Source of the DNA: Spirochaetia bacterium
GTDB lineage: Bacteria > Spirochaetota > Spirochaetia > SZUA-6 > Bin103
Assembly (NCBI GenBank): GCA_965208575.1
Contig: CBDBOV010000002.1
Span: 544,001 to 608,000, forward strand
Length of the DNA: 64,000 nucleotides
Direction: 5' to 3'
The position numbers and the translations under genes are program-made. The notes beneath the pieces were generated by a model, which searched no databases, had not been told where the DNA came from, and saw only the letters and a program-made list of their open reading frames with translations. Of this stretch, positions 9,741 to 19,736 are shown piece after piece. Within the stretch, counting starts at the first letter, position 1, and every line of letters starts with the position of its first letter.

Positions 9741-10462
9741 GTCACCCCGCACTACCGGCACGCTTCCGGTCCGTCCTGTCCGGCGTTCGGGCACGCATGG
9801 CGCAGTTCCCGCGTTACGCCGAACGTGGTGGGTAACGCGACGGGCGAATGCAAGGGCATGTCGCCTGCACTGCCCCTACCAACCGCAGGAACGTGAACGA
9901 CACCTCGCTACGGCTGACGGCGGAGGTGGTGTTCGCCAAAGGCATGGAAGTAGTGCAGCAGGCGATCCACCATCGGCGCGGCCGACGGCGCGACGCGGCA
10001 CTCGTGTCGGGCCCGATCATGGATGCTGTCGAGCAGCGATTGACCGGCGCTGTCGGCGGCGGGCTGACCGCCATGCCGCGCGCACTCGCGGGCGCAGGAG
10101 AGCAGCACGATGGAGACCGCGGTGGCGACCGACTGCGGGGCTATCTGGGCCGCTTGCTTCAGGTATGCACTGCAGGCGGCGAGTTCCGTGGGTGTATCCG
10201 ACATCACGCTCCAATGCTCCAATGCCGGGCGCCCGTTGGTCCAGGTCAAGTGGCTTCCGAGCCCGTGGGCCGCCGGGGCCGTGGGCTGCCGGGCTCTTCG
10301 GCCACCGGGCCGGCGGGCCGCCACGGGCCAACCGGCTGCCGGCGGCACCGTGGGCGCCGGGCACTCCGGGCACTCCGGACTCCGGCACGGGGGCGCGTCA
10401 TCTCTGCTATTATCGCGCCCGGTGCGCCGTGGTGACGCGGCGCGCCTGAGGAGTGATGCCCT

Positions 10463-11425
10463 GTGGAAGCACGACCGACCGTCCTGGTGCTTGGCTCGCC
10501 GGCCCCGGCCCACCTGCCGGAGCGCACCGTCCTGGAGCCCCTGGCCGAGGTGGTCTACAACCGGGTGAAGACTCGCGAAGAACTGTACGCCGCGGTGCGC
10601 GACGTGGACGCGGTGATGATCGGGCTGGAGAACTTCGATGCGCCGCTGATCGAGAGCATGCGGCGCTGCCGGATCATCTCCCGCTATGGGATCGGCTACG
10701 ACAACATCGATGTCGACGCCGCCACCAGGGCGGGGATCTGGGTGGGGCGGGTGCCCGACTACGGCTGGGAGGCGGTGTCCGACCACGCCCTGGCGCTGTT
10801 CCTGGCCTGTGTGCGCGACCTCGGCAGCCTGGACCGCAGGGCGCGCGCCGGGCAGCCGGGCCGGCGGCGCCCGATGTTCCTGGTCAAGGGCCGTACCTTC
10901 GGAGTAATCGGTTGCGGCGGTATCGGCGGCGCGCTGGTGCGCAAGCTGGCCGGGTTCGGCTTGGCGCACATCCTGGTGCACGACCCGTATATGAGCGCGG
11001 AACAGGTGGCCGCCGCCGGCGGCGAGGCGGTCGACCTGGAGACGCTGCTGCGCGAGTCCGATTTCGTATCGCTGCACACGCCGCTGACCGACGGGACGCG
11101 CGGCATGATCGGCGCTGCGCAGCTCGCCCTGATGAAACCGAGCGCCGTCCTGGTCAACACGTCGCGCGGCCCCGTGGTGGACGAGGCGGCGCTGGCGGCG
11201 GCGCTGGCCGACGGCACCATCGCGGCGGCGGGGCTGGACGTGTTCGAGACCGAGCCGCTGCCCGCCGACAGCCCGCTCACCGGCCTGGACAACGTGATCC
11301 TGACCAACCACCTGGCGTGGTACACCGAGGAGTCGTCGGTGGAGCTGGCCACCAAGGCGGCCCGCAACATCCGCGAAGTGTTCTCCGGCCGCCCGCCCCT
11401 CTACCCCGTCAACCGCATCAAATAA
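10463..11425 (+). CDS. D-isomer-specific 2-hydroxyacid dehydrogenase (SerA/CtBP-like)
   Basis: RYGIGYDNIDV, GVIGCGGIG, SLHTPLT, VNTSRG, GLDVFETEP, TNHLAW. Confidence 0.92.
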   Translation: MEARPTVLVLGSPAPAHLPERTVLEPLAEVVYNRVKTREELYAAVRDVDAVMIGLENFDAPLIESMRRCRIISRYGIGYDNIDVDAATRAGIWVGRVPDYGWEAVSDHALALFLACVRDLGSLDRRARAGQPGRRRPMFLVKGRTFGVIGCGGIGGALVRKLAGFGLAHILVHDPYMSAEQVAAAGGEAVDLETLLRESDFVSLHTPLTDGTRGMIGAAQLALMKPSAVLVNTSRGPVVDEAALAAALADGTIAAAGLDVFETEPLPADSPLTGLDNVILTNHLAWYTEESSVELATKAARNIREVFSGRPPLYPVNRIK

Positions 11426-11457
11426 CCCGCCGGGCGAGCGACGTCAGGATCGGACGG

Positions 11458-12744
11458 GTGATCCGAAAGAAGCTGTTCGCAAGCGTGCTGCTGGTGGCGG
11501 TCGCTGCGATTGTCGCGGCCACACTCCCCGCCGAAGAGATCCCGACGGCGGTGCCGGGGGAGGTGGGGATGTCGGGCGAGCGGCTGCGCGCGATCGATGC
11601 CGTGATGCGGCGCCACGTCGACTCGGGGGAGATTCAGGGGGCGGTCACGGCGGTGGCGCGGCGTGGCAGGGTGGTGCACTTCGAGGCCTACGGACTGATG
11701 GACGTCGGGCGCGGCCGGGCGATGCGGGAGGACGCGATCTTTCGCATGGCTTCCTCGTCGAAACCGGTGCTCGCCGTGGCGGCGATGATGCTGATCGAGG
11801 AGGGGCTCCTGCACCCGAACGACGAGGTAGCCGCGTACCTGCCGGAGTTCGGGGCGATGCAGGTGGCCGTGCTCAAGGAGCCCGCGGACCGGGACGTCAG
11901 CCCCTGGTTCGTGGCCGCGGGCAAGGGCAAGGGGGCGAAGGGCGAGATACCGGAGCACCGCCTGGTGCCGGCACGGCGGGCGATCACCATCCACGATCTG
12001 CTGACCCACACCTCCGGGATCGACGCATCCGGCCTCGGCTCGGCGGTGTCCGCGTGGCCGGAACCGGGCCCGGAGGCGACCCTGGCCAGCCACGTTCCGC
12101 TCTACGCCGGCATGCTCCTGGACTTTCAGCCGGGCACGCGTTGGGGCTACAGCCCGCGGGTGGGCCACGACGTGGTGGCCCGTATCATCGAGATCGCCTC
12201 CGGGCTGTCCTACGACGAGTTCATCCGCGCCCGGATCTTCGCGCCGCTCGGCATGAGAGACACCCACTTCTTTCTGCCGCCGGAGAAGGAACCGAGGCGG
12301 GTGGTGATTCATAGTCTCGATGCCAAGGCGAAGGGCTGGGACCAACCGAGCCGCTACGTCTCCGCCTCCGGCGGGCTCTCCAGCACCGCGCGGGACTACC
12401 TGCGCTTCGAGCAGATGCTCGCCAACGGCGGCACATTGTTCGGGGAGCGCCTCCTCAGCGCCGAGTCGGTTGCGGCCATGTCCAGCAACCAGGTCGGCGA
12501 CCTCTACCAGGTGGACGGCAAGCAGGCAGGCCGCGGGTTCGGCTACGGCGTGGCGGTGGTCCTGGACCCGGCCACCGCAAACACGGCCCGCGGCCGCGGC
12601 GCGTTCGGCTGGGCCGGCGCGTTCGGCACCACCACCTGGACCGACCCGGAGCACGAAGTCACTGCCGTGCTGATGGTGCAGCAGGGCAGCGCACGAGTGC
12701 TCCACGACTTCGAGCACGCCATCCGCGCCGCAATTGTCGACTGA
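11458..12744 (+). CDS. Secreted serine hydrolase, beta-lactamase family (class C/esterase-like)
   Basis: N-terminal signal peptide, FRMASSSKP (SxxK), LLTHTSG, FQPGTRWGYS, FGWAGAFGT. Confidence 0.88.
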   Translation: MIRKKLFASVLLVAVAAIVAATLPAEEIPTAVPGEVGMSGERLRAIDAVMRRHVDSGEIQGAVTAVARRGRVVHFEAYGLMDVGRGRAMREDAIFRMASSSKPVLAVAAMMLIEEGLLHPNDEVAAYLPEFGAMQVAVLKEPADRDVSPWFVAAGKGKGAKGEIPEHRLVPARRAITIHDLLTHTSGIDASGLGSAVSAWPEPGPEATLASHVPLYAGMLLDFQPGTRWGYSPRVGHDVVARIIEIASGLSYDEFIRARIFAPLGMRDTHFFLPPEKEPRRVVIHSLDAKAKGWDQPSRYVSASGGLSSTARDYLRFEQMLANGGTLFGERLLSAESVAAMSSNQVGDLYQVDGKQAGRGFGYGVAVVLDPATANTARGRGAFGWAGAFGTTTWTDPEHEVTAVLMVQQGSARVLHDFEHAIRAAIVD

Positions 12745-13227
12745 GGGCTGCGCGACATCGATACGCCAGGACTATCCCACGCTACGAAACCGCGGTCTGT
12801 CACGCACCGCCTCGTCGCCGCCCCATCGATTCTGGCGACCTGCACCTGATCCGCGGTTCTCATGCCACGATTCACGTGAGCCGGTACGGTCACTCCGTGA
12901 CAGGGAAGACGATGAAAACCGATGCCCGAGCATCGCCCACCAGCCGGCTTTTTTCGGACCAGCCTACGGTCAGCGAACGGTTCGCCGTGGGCCGAGTGCC
13001 TGAAAAAAGTCGAGAAAATCGCTCGCTGCGGGCCTGAGGGGGTTGACATGGTTTCGGGCGCGCGATTGCGCCACGTCCCCGACCCCGCCTGTTCCGCTCC
13101 CCTTGGCGCCCTCAGCGCGCGCTCTCGGCCCGCCGCGTCCGGGTCTGGCGCGCAAAGCCCAAATCGGACGGGCGGCTCGTCCACGGGCCGGCACGGGGCC
13201 ACCGAATACCGGGTGTACCATGGCGGC

Positions 13228-14889
13228 ATGGCACCTGACACCTATACGCAGCCGCGCCCGCCGACGCCGTCAGCGCGGCCTGAACCGGCAGCCACCGGCC
13301 CAGCCGCGACCGCGGCCACCACCGCTGCGAGGGCGCCCGGCGCGAGCGAGACTGCGCCGCTCGCCGTTGCCGACAGCGCAGCGCCTCCGGCCCCGGAGGC
13401 ACCGCCCGACCTGAATCAGCTCGGCAACCGCATCGCCGAGCTGTCGGCGCGCATCCAGGCCGCCACCTACGAGTTGCTGTGTTACGTGCGCGAGTTCGAC
13501 CGCCACCACGGCTGGGAGGGCTTCCGTTCCTGCGCCCACTGGCTCAACTGGCGCACCGGCCTCGACCTCGGCGCTGCCCGCGAGAAGCTGCGCGTGGCCG
13601 CTGCGCTGGCCGATCTCAACCACCTCTCCGCGGCCATGGCCTGCGGTCGGCTGTCCTACTCCATCGTACGCGCCCTGACTCGAGTGGCCACCGCCGACAA
13701 CGAGGCACGGCTGATTGCCGTGGCCTGCTGTGCCACCGCGGCGCAGGTGGAGCGGCTGGTGCGGGGGTGGCGGCAGGCGGACCGGGAGGCGCAGCCGGAC
13801 GCGGAGCAGGTGCGGCTCGCGCGGCGCACGCTGACCACGCGGGTGGACGAGGACGGCATGGTGGTGCTGCGGGCGCGGCTTACGCCTGAGGTAGGCGCGG
13901 TAGTGCTGCGGGCGCTGGAGGCGGCCCTGGAGCAGGTGCCGGCGGCGGAGGAGGAGGATACCGCCGGCGGCGACGAGGCGAGCATCGCGCAGCGGCGTGC
14001 GGATGCGCTGGGGCTGGTGGCCGAGAGCGCGCTGGCCGGCGGGCTTGATCCGGGCAGCAGCGGCGACCGCTTCCAGGTGACGGTACACGTGGAGGCTGAC
14101 GGGCTTTGCTGCCGCGAGGCCGCCACGGCCCCGCGGCACGTTTCCGCGGAAATTGCGCCGGGCAGCGAGGCAGCCTTCGCACCGGCGGCAGCGTTACTGG
14201 GCGGGGTGGCGGAGCAAGTGTCGATCGAGCACGCGGAGAAACTACCGGCCACCGAGGCGCCCGACCGTGACCTGGCGGTCCCGATGCCTGGCCCCGACGC
14301 CGGGCAGGCGGTGATCGAACAAGCAGGAGGCATATACGTCGGCAAGGAGGCAGCGCGTCGCGTCGCCTGCGATGCCGGCCTCGTGGAGCTGCGCCACGGC
14401 GCCGACGGCGAGGTGCTCGAAGTAAGCCGCAGGACCCGCACCATCCCGACCGCGCTGCGCCGTGCCCTGCAGAGCAGGGATCGCAACCAGTGCCAGTTCC
14501 CCGGCTGCGAGTCCCGCCACTGCGACGCCCATCACGTCATGCACTGGGCCGACGGCGGGGAGACGCAGCTCTTCAACCTGGTTCTTGTGTGTAAATTCCA
14601 CCACCGCGCGGTCCACGAGGAGGGGTTTCAGGTGGTCGCTGACGGCGCCGGGGCGTTCCTGTTCCTCCGGCCGAATGGCGAGCCGCTGCCGGCGGTGCCA
14701 CCGGCGCCGCGCTGGGAGGGTGTCGGGCCGCCGCTGGCGCCGACCGTGGAGCGCTTGGCGGCGGCCGGCATCAGCATCGGTCCGCACACCGCTACGCCCG
14801 AGTGGTTCGGCGAATCGCTGCACGTGGCGGCGGCGCTCGACGTGCTGTGGCAGCCGCCGGTGGCGGCGGCGCGCGGCGGCGTTCCCTGA
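13228..14889 (+). CDS. DUF222 (13E12-repeat) / HNH endonuclease protein
   Basis: GFRSCAHWLNWRTG, QRRADAL, RRVACDA, RDRNQCQFPGC..DAHHVMHWADGG..NLVLVCKFHHRAVHE. TACCAT lies 6 nt upstream of the ATG. Confidence 0.88.
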   Translation: MAPDTYTQPRPPTPSARPEPAATGPAATAATTAARAPGASETAPLAVADSAAPPAPEAPPDLNQLGNRIAELSARIQAATYELLCYVREFDRHHGWEGFRSCAHWLNWRTGLDLGAAREKLRVAAALADLNHLSAAMACGRLSYSIVRALTRVATADNEARLIAVACCATAAQVERLVRGWRQADREAQPDAEQVRLARRTLTTRVDEDGMVVLRARLTPEVGAVVLRALEAALEQVPAAEEEDTAGGDEASIAQRRADALGLVAESALAGGLDPGSSGDRFQVTVHVEADGLCCREAATAPRHVSAEIAPGSEAAFAPAAALLGGVAEQVSIEHAEKLPATEAPDRDLAVPMPGPDAGQAVIEQAGGIYVGKEAARRVACDAGLVELRHGADGEVLEVSRRTRTIPTALRRALQSRDRNQCQFPGCESRHCDAHHVMHWADGGETQLFNLVLVCKFHHRAVHEEGFQVVADGAGAFLFLRPNGEPLPAVPPAPRWEGVGPPLAPTVERLAAAGISIGPHTATPEWFGESLHVAAALDVLWQPPVAAARGGVP

Positions 14890-15011
14890 GGGACCTGCGA
14901 CCTGGCGGTGCAGCGCAGCGCGGATGAGCAGCGCGCCCGCAATGGAGACTGCCTCCAGGGATTTTCAGTCCTCATCAGCATGGGATCGCCCTGTCGATCC
15001 GCCTGGGGGTG

Positions 15012-15040
15012 TTGACGTGCATATACATTTATGCAAACCT
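15012..15040 (+). promoter_or_regulatory. Promoter with palindromic operator for the BrnT module
   Basis: TTGACG (-35) followed by TGCATA-N6-TATGCA inverted repeat (15018-15035). Confidence 0.55.
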
Positions 15041-15050
15041 GAGGTGGGCG

Positions 15051-15320
15051 GTGGAGTTCGAGTACGATGCCAAGAAGTCCCGTACCAACGCAGACAAGCA
15101 CGGGATTGACTTTGAGCACGCTCAGAACCTGTGGCAGGACGCTGGACTGCTCACCTTGCCGGCACGATCCGAGAGCGAAGCTCGGTTTCTGGCGGTCGGA
15201 AAGATCATGGATCGGTACGACACGGCTGTCTTCACTGAGCGGTCCGCAAGGGTACGATTGATCAGTGTTCGGCGGTCTCGCGCGGAGGAGAAGGATCTGT
15301 ATGAGCGCAACCAACAGTGA
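15051..15320 (+). CDS. BrnT family ribonuclease toxin
   Basis: MEFEYDAKKSRTNADKHGIDFEHAQNLW..RFLAVG..RLISVRRS. Confidence 0.9.
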   Translation: MEFEYDAKKSRTNADKHGIDFEHAQNLWQDAGLLTLPARSESEARFLAVGKIMDRYDTAVFTERSARVRLISVRRSRAEEKDLYERNQQ

Positions 15321-15567
15321 GAATCTGGAACAGCGATTCGATGCCGGTGAATCGGTCCTCGACTACTTTGAGACGGATGTGACGTTGACCATAGGCCGGT
15401 TGGCAGACCTGGCGCGGATCCTCAACATGTCTGCGCTCTCTCGTGAGGCAGGGATCAACATCCAGACGCTGCAGGCGAAGATCAGGAGACGGACACCGCT
15501 GTCGGGAAGCGAGACGCGCCGGATCGTCCTTGCCCTCAAGCGCCATCACCTTGCAACCATCGCCTGA
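15301..15567 (+). CDS. Putative antitoxin (CopG/BrnA-like N-terminus plus HTH-like C-terminus)
   Basis: Overlaps the brnT 3' end. N-terminus EQRFDAGESVLDYF. C-terminus LNMSALSREAGINIQTL. Confidence 0.7.
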   Translation: MSATNSENLEQRFDAGESVLDYFETDVTLTIGRLADLARILNMSALSREAGINIQTLQAKIRRRTPLSGSETRRIVLALKRHHLATIA

Positions 15568-15582
15568 GCGTTCTGGGGACAA

Positions 15583-16125
15583 CTAGGTCAGGGAGGCGGT
15601 GGTGAGCGGCGAGATGTCGGGCCAGCCGTAGGCGATCTCGATCAGTTCGGTGCCGCCTATGGCGATCGTCTCCTGCTTGATCTGTACGCCGCCGAGCGCT
15701 TCGTAGAAGCCGCGGGATGGATTGTCCTCGAGGACCCAGAGCAGCATCGATCGCCAGCCGCGGGAGATGAACCAGTCGGCGAGCGCGGCAACCAGGCGAT
15801 GACCCAGTCGCAGTCCCTGCCACGACTCGAGGAGGTAGATCGCATACAACTCGGCGGGGTAGGCGGGGTCATTGCTCCGTTCCGGTCCACCGGAGGAGAA
15901 CCCGACGATCCGGGCGTCCCGATCCTCGGCCACGTACACCTTCTGGCGCCGGTCGGCCAGGGTGCGCTGCCAGTTCGCTTCCCGCCGATCGTAGTCCAGT
16001 GCGGCCAGGTGCTCCGCGGGGAGGATGCCGGCATAGGTGGAGCGCCAACTGTCGACGTGGACGCGCGCAATCCCCCGGGCGTCCGAATCGACCGCCTGCC
16101 GTACGTGAGCCTCGTGCGCTACCAT
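15583..16125 (-). CDS. GNAT family N-acetyltransferase
   Basis: IARVHVDSWRSTYAGI, AELYAIYLL..QGLRLG, LWVLEDNPSRGFYEALGG. Confidence 0.9.
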   Translation of the reverse strand: MVAHEAHVRQAVDSDARGIARVHVDSWRSTYAGILPAEHLAALDYDRREANWQRTLADRRQKVYVAEDRDARIVGFSSGGPERSNDPAYPAELYAIYLLESWQGLRLGHRLVAALADWFISRGWRSMLLWVLEDNPSRGFYEALGGVQIKQETIAIGGTELIEIAYGWPDISPLTTASLT

Positions 16126-16241
16126 GGGCGACTATAGCACGCCGAGCGTTGGTCATGCGCTGTCCAGGCCCGGCCGGTGGCCGTGGTGGCCGCCAGGGTC
16201 CGGCGGCACCAGGTCGAGGAAGTTGCTATACTGGTGGCGCA

Positions 16242-17420
16242 ATGTCATCTCGACACGATACGCCGTCTCGAGGAGCCGACAGCGAGGATTCGTCCCGCAA
16301 CGCTAGTTTGCTGGAAGCCATCCATATCAAGGGTTTCCGGTCCCTCTCCGATATCGAGATCACGGACTTGCCGCGGGCCGCCGTGCTGATAGGCGCCAAC
16401 GGCTCGGGCAAGTCCAACCTGATCCGCTTTTTCGAGATGATGAGCTGGATGCTGAGGTCCCGCCGCTTGGCACAATTCGTCACACTTCAGGGTGGAGCCG
16501 ACGATCAGTTATTTCGCGGAAGCAGTGTCAGCCCACGCATGGAAGCGACGCTCTCCATGCGCACCGACGCAGGCCGGAACGACTATCGATTCGCGCTCGC
16601 ACATGCTCAACCGGACAGGTTCATGTTTGTCGATGAAGCGTTTCGCTTCAGCAGCGAAGCAACCGATGCGGAGCACGGGCGAGAATGGTTTCTCCTTGGG
16701 AGCGGCCATACCGAAGCCGAGATACTGGAAATCGCCCAGTCCGACAGCGCCGGCAGCAAGACGGCACGGGTCATCGTCGCACTATTGCGGAGTTGCGCAG
16801 TCTACCAGTTCCATGACACCTCCAATGAATCGCGCTTCAAGCAGAGGTGGGACTCGAGCGACAACGCGCAACTGCGTTCTCACGGCGGGAATCTGGCCGC
16901 CGTCCTGCTCCGACTGGAGCGAGAGGATATAGGACGCTTCGAACTGATCTGCTATCACATCGGCCGGGTCCTTCCCGTTTTCGACCGCTTCGAAGTCGAG
17001 GAGACCAACGGCACCGTGCTGCTCAGATGGAAGGCCAGAGGCACAGACAAGACGTTCGGGCCGCATCTCACGTCGGACGGGTCCCTGCGTCTGTTCGCGC
17101 TCGTGACGCTGCTCAACCTTCCCTCTGACATGCTTCCCGACGTGTTGCTGCTGGACGAACCGGAACTTGGCCTGCACCCGGCCGGGATCGGATTGATCGC
17201 CGGCATGGTAAAACAGCGCTCCATGGATCGACAAGTAATCGCGGCCACCCAGTCGCCCCGGTTCCTGGATTCTTTCGATCTCCATGAAATTGTAGTACTG
17301 GAACTCAGTGATGGACGGACGCTGTGTCGCAGGCTCGAATCACAAGAGTATCAGCGCTGGATCGAGGAGTTTTCTCCCGGCCAGCTCTGGGAGAAAAATC
17401 TGCTCGGCGGCCGACCATGA
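16242..17420 (+). CDS. AAA_21 / ABC-type ATPase (AbiEii/RloA/OLD-like)
   Basis: IKGFRSL, Walker A GANGSGKS, signature SDGSLR, Walker B LLLDEPELGLHP, ATQS. Visibly lower GC than flanks. Confidence 0.88.
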   Translation: MSSRHDTPSRGADSEDSSRNASLLEAIHIKGFRSLSDIEITDLPRAAVLIGANGSGKSNLIRFFEMMSWMLRSRRLAQFVTLQGGADDQLFRGSSVSPRMEATLSMRTDAGRNDYRFALAHAQPDRFMFVDEAFRFSSEATDAEHGREWFLLGSGHTEAEILEIAQSDSAGSKTARVIVALLRSCAVYQFHDTSNESRFKQRWDSSDNAQLRSHGGNLAAVLLRLEREDIGRFELICYHIGRVLPVFDRFEVEETNGTVLLRWKARGTDKTFGPHLTSDGSLRLFALVTLLNLPSDMLPDVLLLDEPELGLHPAGIGLIAGMVKQRSMDRQVIAATQSPRFLDSFDLHEIVVLELSDGRTLCRRLESQEYQRWIEEFSPGQLWEKNLLGGRP

Positions 17421-18046
17421 TTCGCTTGGCAATCGTAGTAGAGGGGGAAACAGAGGAGGAGTTCGTGAAGCGCGTGCTTACCGCACATCTTCAGACGCGC
17501 GAGGTTCAGGCGACGCCTCACTCGATCGGCGGGAACGTAACGGTGGAGCGATTGGCATATGAGATGGCCAACTATTTCTGGTCGTACGATCGCGTGACAT
17601 CGCTCGTCGATTTCTACGGATTTCGGAACAAGGGTCAGGCGTCGCGGGAAGACCTGGAAGCACGCATACATGAACAGGTGAGCAAGAACATCAAACGGAG
17701 CTGGGATCGATCACGCGTGTTTCCGTACGTCCAACAGTATGAATTCGAGGGTCTGCTGTTCTCCGATGTCATGGTCTTTGGGAAGTTGCTGGATCGTCCT
17801 CCAAATCTGGTGGAGAAGCTGAGCGCGGTCAGATCGAGGTTCCCGACCCCGGAAGAGATCAATGACAACAAAGAAACGAAACCGAGCAGGCGCATCAAAG
17901 ACCTGATGCCGAGTTACCAAAAGAGGGTCGATGGGCCCTTTCTCGCCGGCAGCATCGGATTGGCTACGCTTCGCACAGAATGCCCGCGATTTGGAAGGTG
18001 GCTTGCGCGGCTGGAGCAACTGGAGAATCAGCAGCATCCGCAGTGA
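17417..18046 (+). CDS. DUF4276 family protein (TOPRIM/RloB-like)
   Basis: LAIVVEGETEEEF, SLVDFYG, YVQQYEFEGLLFSD, PEEIND, ECPRFGRWL. ATGA overlap with the ATPase. Confidence 0.8.
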   Translation: MIRLAIVVEGETEEEFVKRVLTAHLQTREVQATPHSIGGNVTVERLAYEMANYFWSYDRVTSLVDFYGFRNKGQASREDLEARIHEQVSKNIKRSWDRSRVFPYVQQYEFEGLLFSDVMVFGKLLDRPPNLVEKLSAVRSRFPTPEEINDNKETKPSRRIKDLMPSYQKRVDGPFLAGSIGLATLRTECPRFGRWLARLEQLENQQHPQ

Positions 18047-18330
18047 TCCAAGTTGGGGCCTCGCGATCGGCACCGCCGGTTGCTTGGTCAGGTGCTGTGT
18101 CCAGGACCGTCCGGTGGCCGCCGACGTGCGGGGGCTGCATGATGCGGTGGCGGCGGTCGGCGAGGTGGAAGGTGCCACGTTTGTCGTCAGTCACGGTATC
18201 GGCCGAGCTACAAACGCGCGCCAATCGCCCCGTCGACCATCCGCAATCGCTCTCTCCGCCCTTGCTCACACAGGCCCACTGGTCCGTGGCCCGTGGCACC
18301 GGCGCGGCCTGTCGTGCGATCTTTCCTACC

Positions 18331-19689
18331 ATGAAGCCCAATATTCTTCTGCTGATGACCGACCAGCAGCGCGCCGATGCGCTCGGCTGCGTCACGCCGT
18401 GGATGGAGACACCGCACATGGACCGCATTGCCGCCGAGGGGGTGCGCTTCAGCCGCTGCGTGACCAACTCGCCGGTGTGCATTCCCACGCGCCGGTCGAT
18501 GGCCAGCGGCCACTACCCGCACAACACCGGCATCTGGCACAACCAGAGCACGACGCTCGACCCGGAGGCGCCCAACTGGATGCGCACCGTGCGCGATGCG
18601 GGCTACCGCACCAGCGTGTTCGGCAAGACCCACCTCAATCACGCCGGCCCCGACCTCAGGGAGCGTGCGCACCTGCTCGTGGCGCAGGGCATCGACGACG
18701 TGTACGAGACGGTGGGGCCGCGGCAGTCCGCAACCACGCTGACGCACATGACCGCGGAGTGGGAAGCGCTGGGCATCTGGGACGCCTACAAGCGTGATTT
18801 CAAGGAGCGCTTCGCCACCAAGCCGCACCTGGTGCGCCCCTCGCCGCTGGGCTTCGAGCACTACTACGACACCCACGTGGGCCGGAAGGCGAAGGCCTAC
18901 CTGGAGGAGTACGACCGCGACCAGCCCTGGTTTTGCTGGGTCACCTTCGGCGGCCCGCACGAGCCGTGGGACACGCCGGAGCCCTGGTTCTCGCACTACG
19001 ATTCCGGACGGATGCCGCCCGCACTGCGCGGCGACCTGCGCGCCGGCCACCGGTCCCCGGGCCACCTCGACGAACTGCGCGCCCGGATGCCCGCCATGAC
19101 GCCGGACGACGTGGCCGCGATGCGCGCCAACTACGCCGGCAACGTGTCGCTGATCGACGACCAGGTGGGGCAGCTATTCTCGGTGATCGAGCAGCGCGGC
19201 GAGTGGCAGAACACGGTGGTGGTGCTGTGTTCGGACCACGGCGAGATGAACGGCGACTACGACATGATCTACAAGAGCAATTTCCTGAACAGCGCGCTGC
19301 GCGTGCCGCTGCTGGTCAAGGGCCCGGGCGTGGCGCGCGGCGTTTGCGAAGGCCCGGTGGAGTGGTTTGACGTCGGCCCGACGCTGGCCGAGTTCGCCGG
19401 CGCCGCGCTCGACTTCGAGCAGTTTGCGGTCTCCCTGATGCCGTCGCTGCGCGATCCCGCGGTAGAGACCCGCGCCGATGCGCTATCGGAGATCCACGGG
19501 GAGGCGATGGTGATGGACAAGCGCTGGAAGTGCGCCGTGAACGCCGACGGAAAGGCGTACCTGCTGTTCGACCTGGACAACGACCCTGCTGAGTCCGCCA
19601 ACCTGGCCGGCCTGCCGGAGTACCGCGACGTGGAAGAGCACCTGCGCCTGCGCCTCCTGGAGCGGATAATGGCCGCCCAGTTCACGTAA
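18331..19689 (+). CDS. Formylglycine-dependent sulfatase (S1 family)
   Basis: KPNILLLMTDQQR, SPVCIPTR (CxPxR), GKTH, GPHEPW, SDHGE. Confidence 0.92.
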   Translation: MKPNILLLMTDQQRADALGCVTPWMETPHMDRIAAEGVRFSRCVTNSPVCIPTRRSMASGHYPHNTGIWHNQSTTLDPEAPNWMRTVRDAGYRTSVFGKTHLNHAGPDLRERAHLLVAQGIDDVYETVGPRQSATTLTHMTAEWEALGIWDAYKRDFKERFATKPHLVRPSPLGFEHYYDTHVGRKAKAYLEEYDRDQPWFCWVTFGGPHEPWDTPEPWFSHYDSGRMPPALRGDLRAGHRSPGHLDELRARMPAMTPDDVAAMRANYAGNVSLIDDQVGQLFSVIEQRGEWQNTVVVLCSDHGEMNGDYDMIYKSNFLNSALRVPLLVKGPGVARGVCEGPVEWFDVGPTLAEFAGAALDFEQFAVSLMPSLRDPAVETRADALSEIHGEAMVMDKRWKCAVNADGKAYLLFDLDNDPAESANLAGLPEYRDVEEHLRLRLLERIMAAQFT

Positions 19690-19736
19690 CCTGCCCGCCG
19701 CTGATGTCACGTGTAGCCGGTCCGCGGGCGGTGGCT

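Noticed and set aside
9908-9990. Possible IS21 IstB C-terminal remnant (AAPMVDRLLHYFH) on the minus strand
   Set aside because: Only about 12 residues of similarity, with no IstA and no terminal repeat. Too weak to call.
11458-12744. Antibiotic-resistance beta-lactamase
   Set aside because: The motifs fit the broad esterase/serine hydrolase family. It lacks the KTG triad of true AmpC enzymes.
12750-12890. Possible PIN/VapC remnant (GMRTADQVQVA..VTDRGF) on the minus strand
   Set aside because: Short and degenerate. It cannot be distinguished from chance without a profile search.
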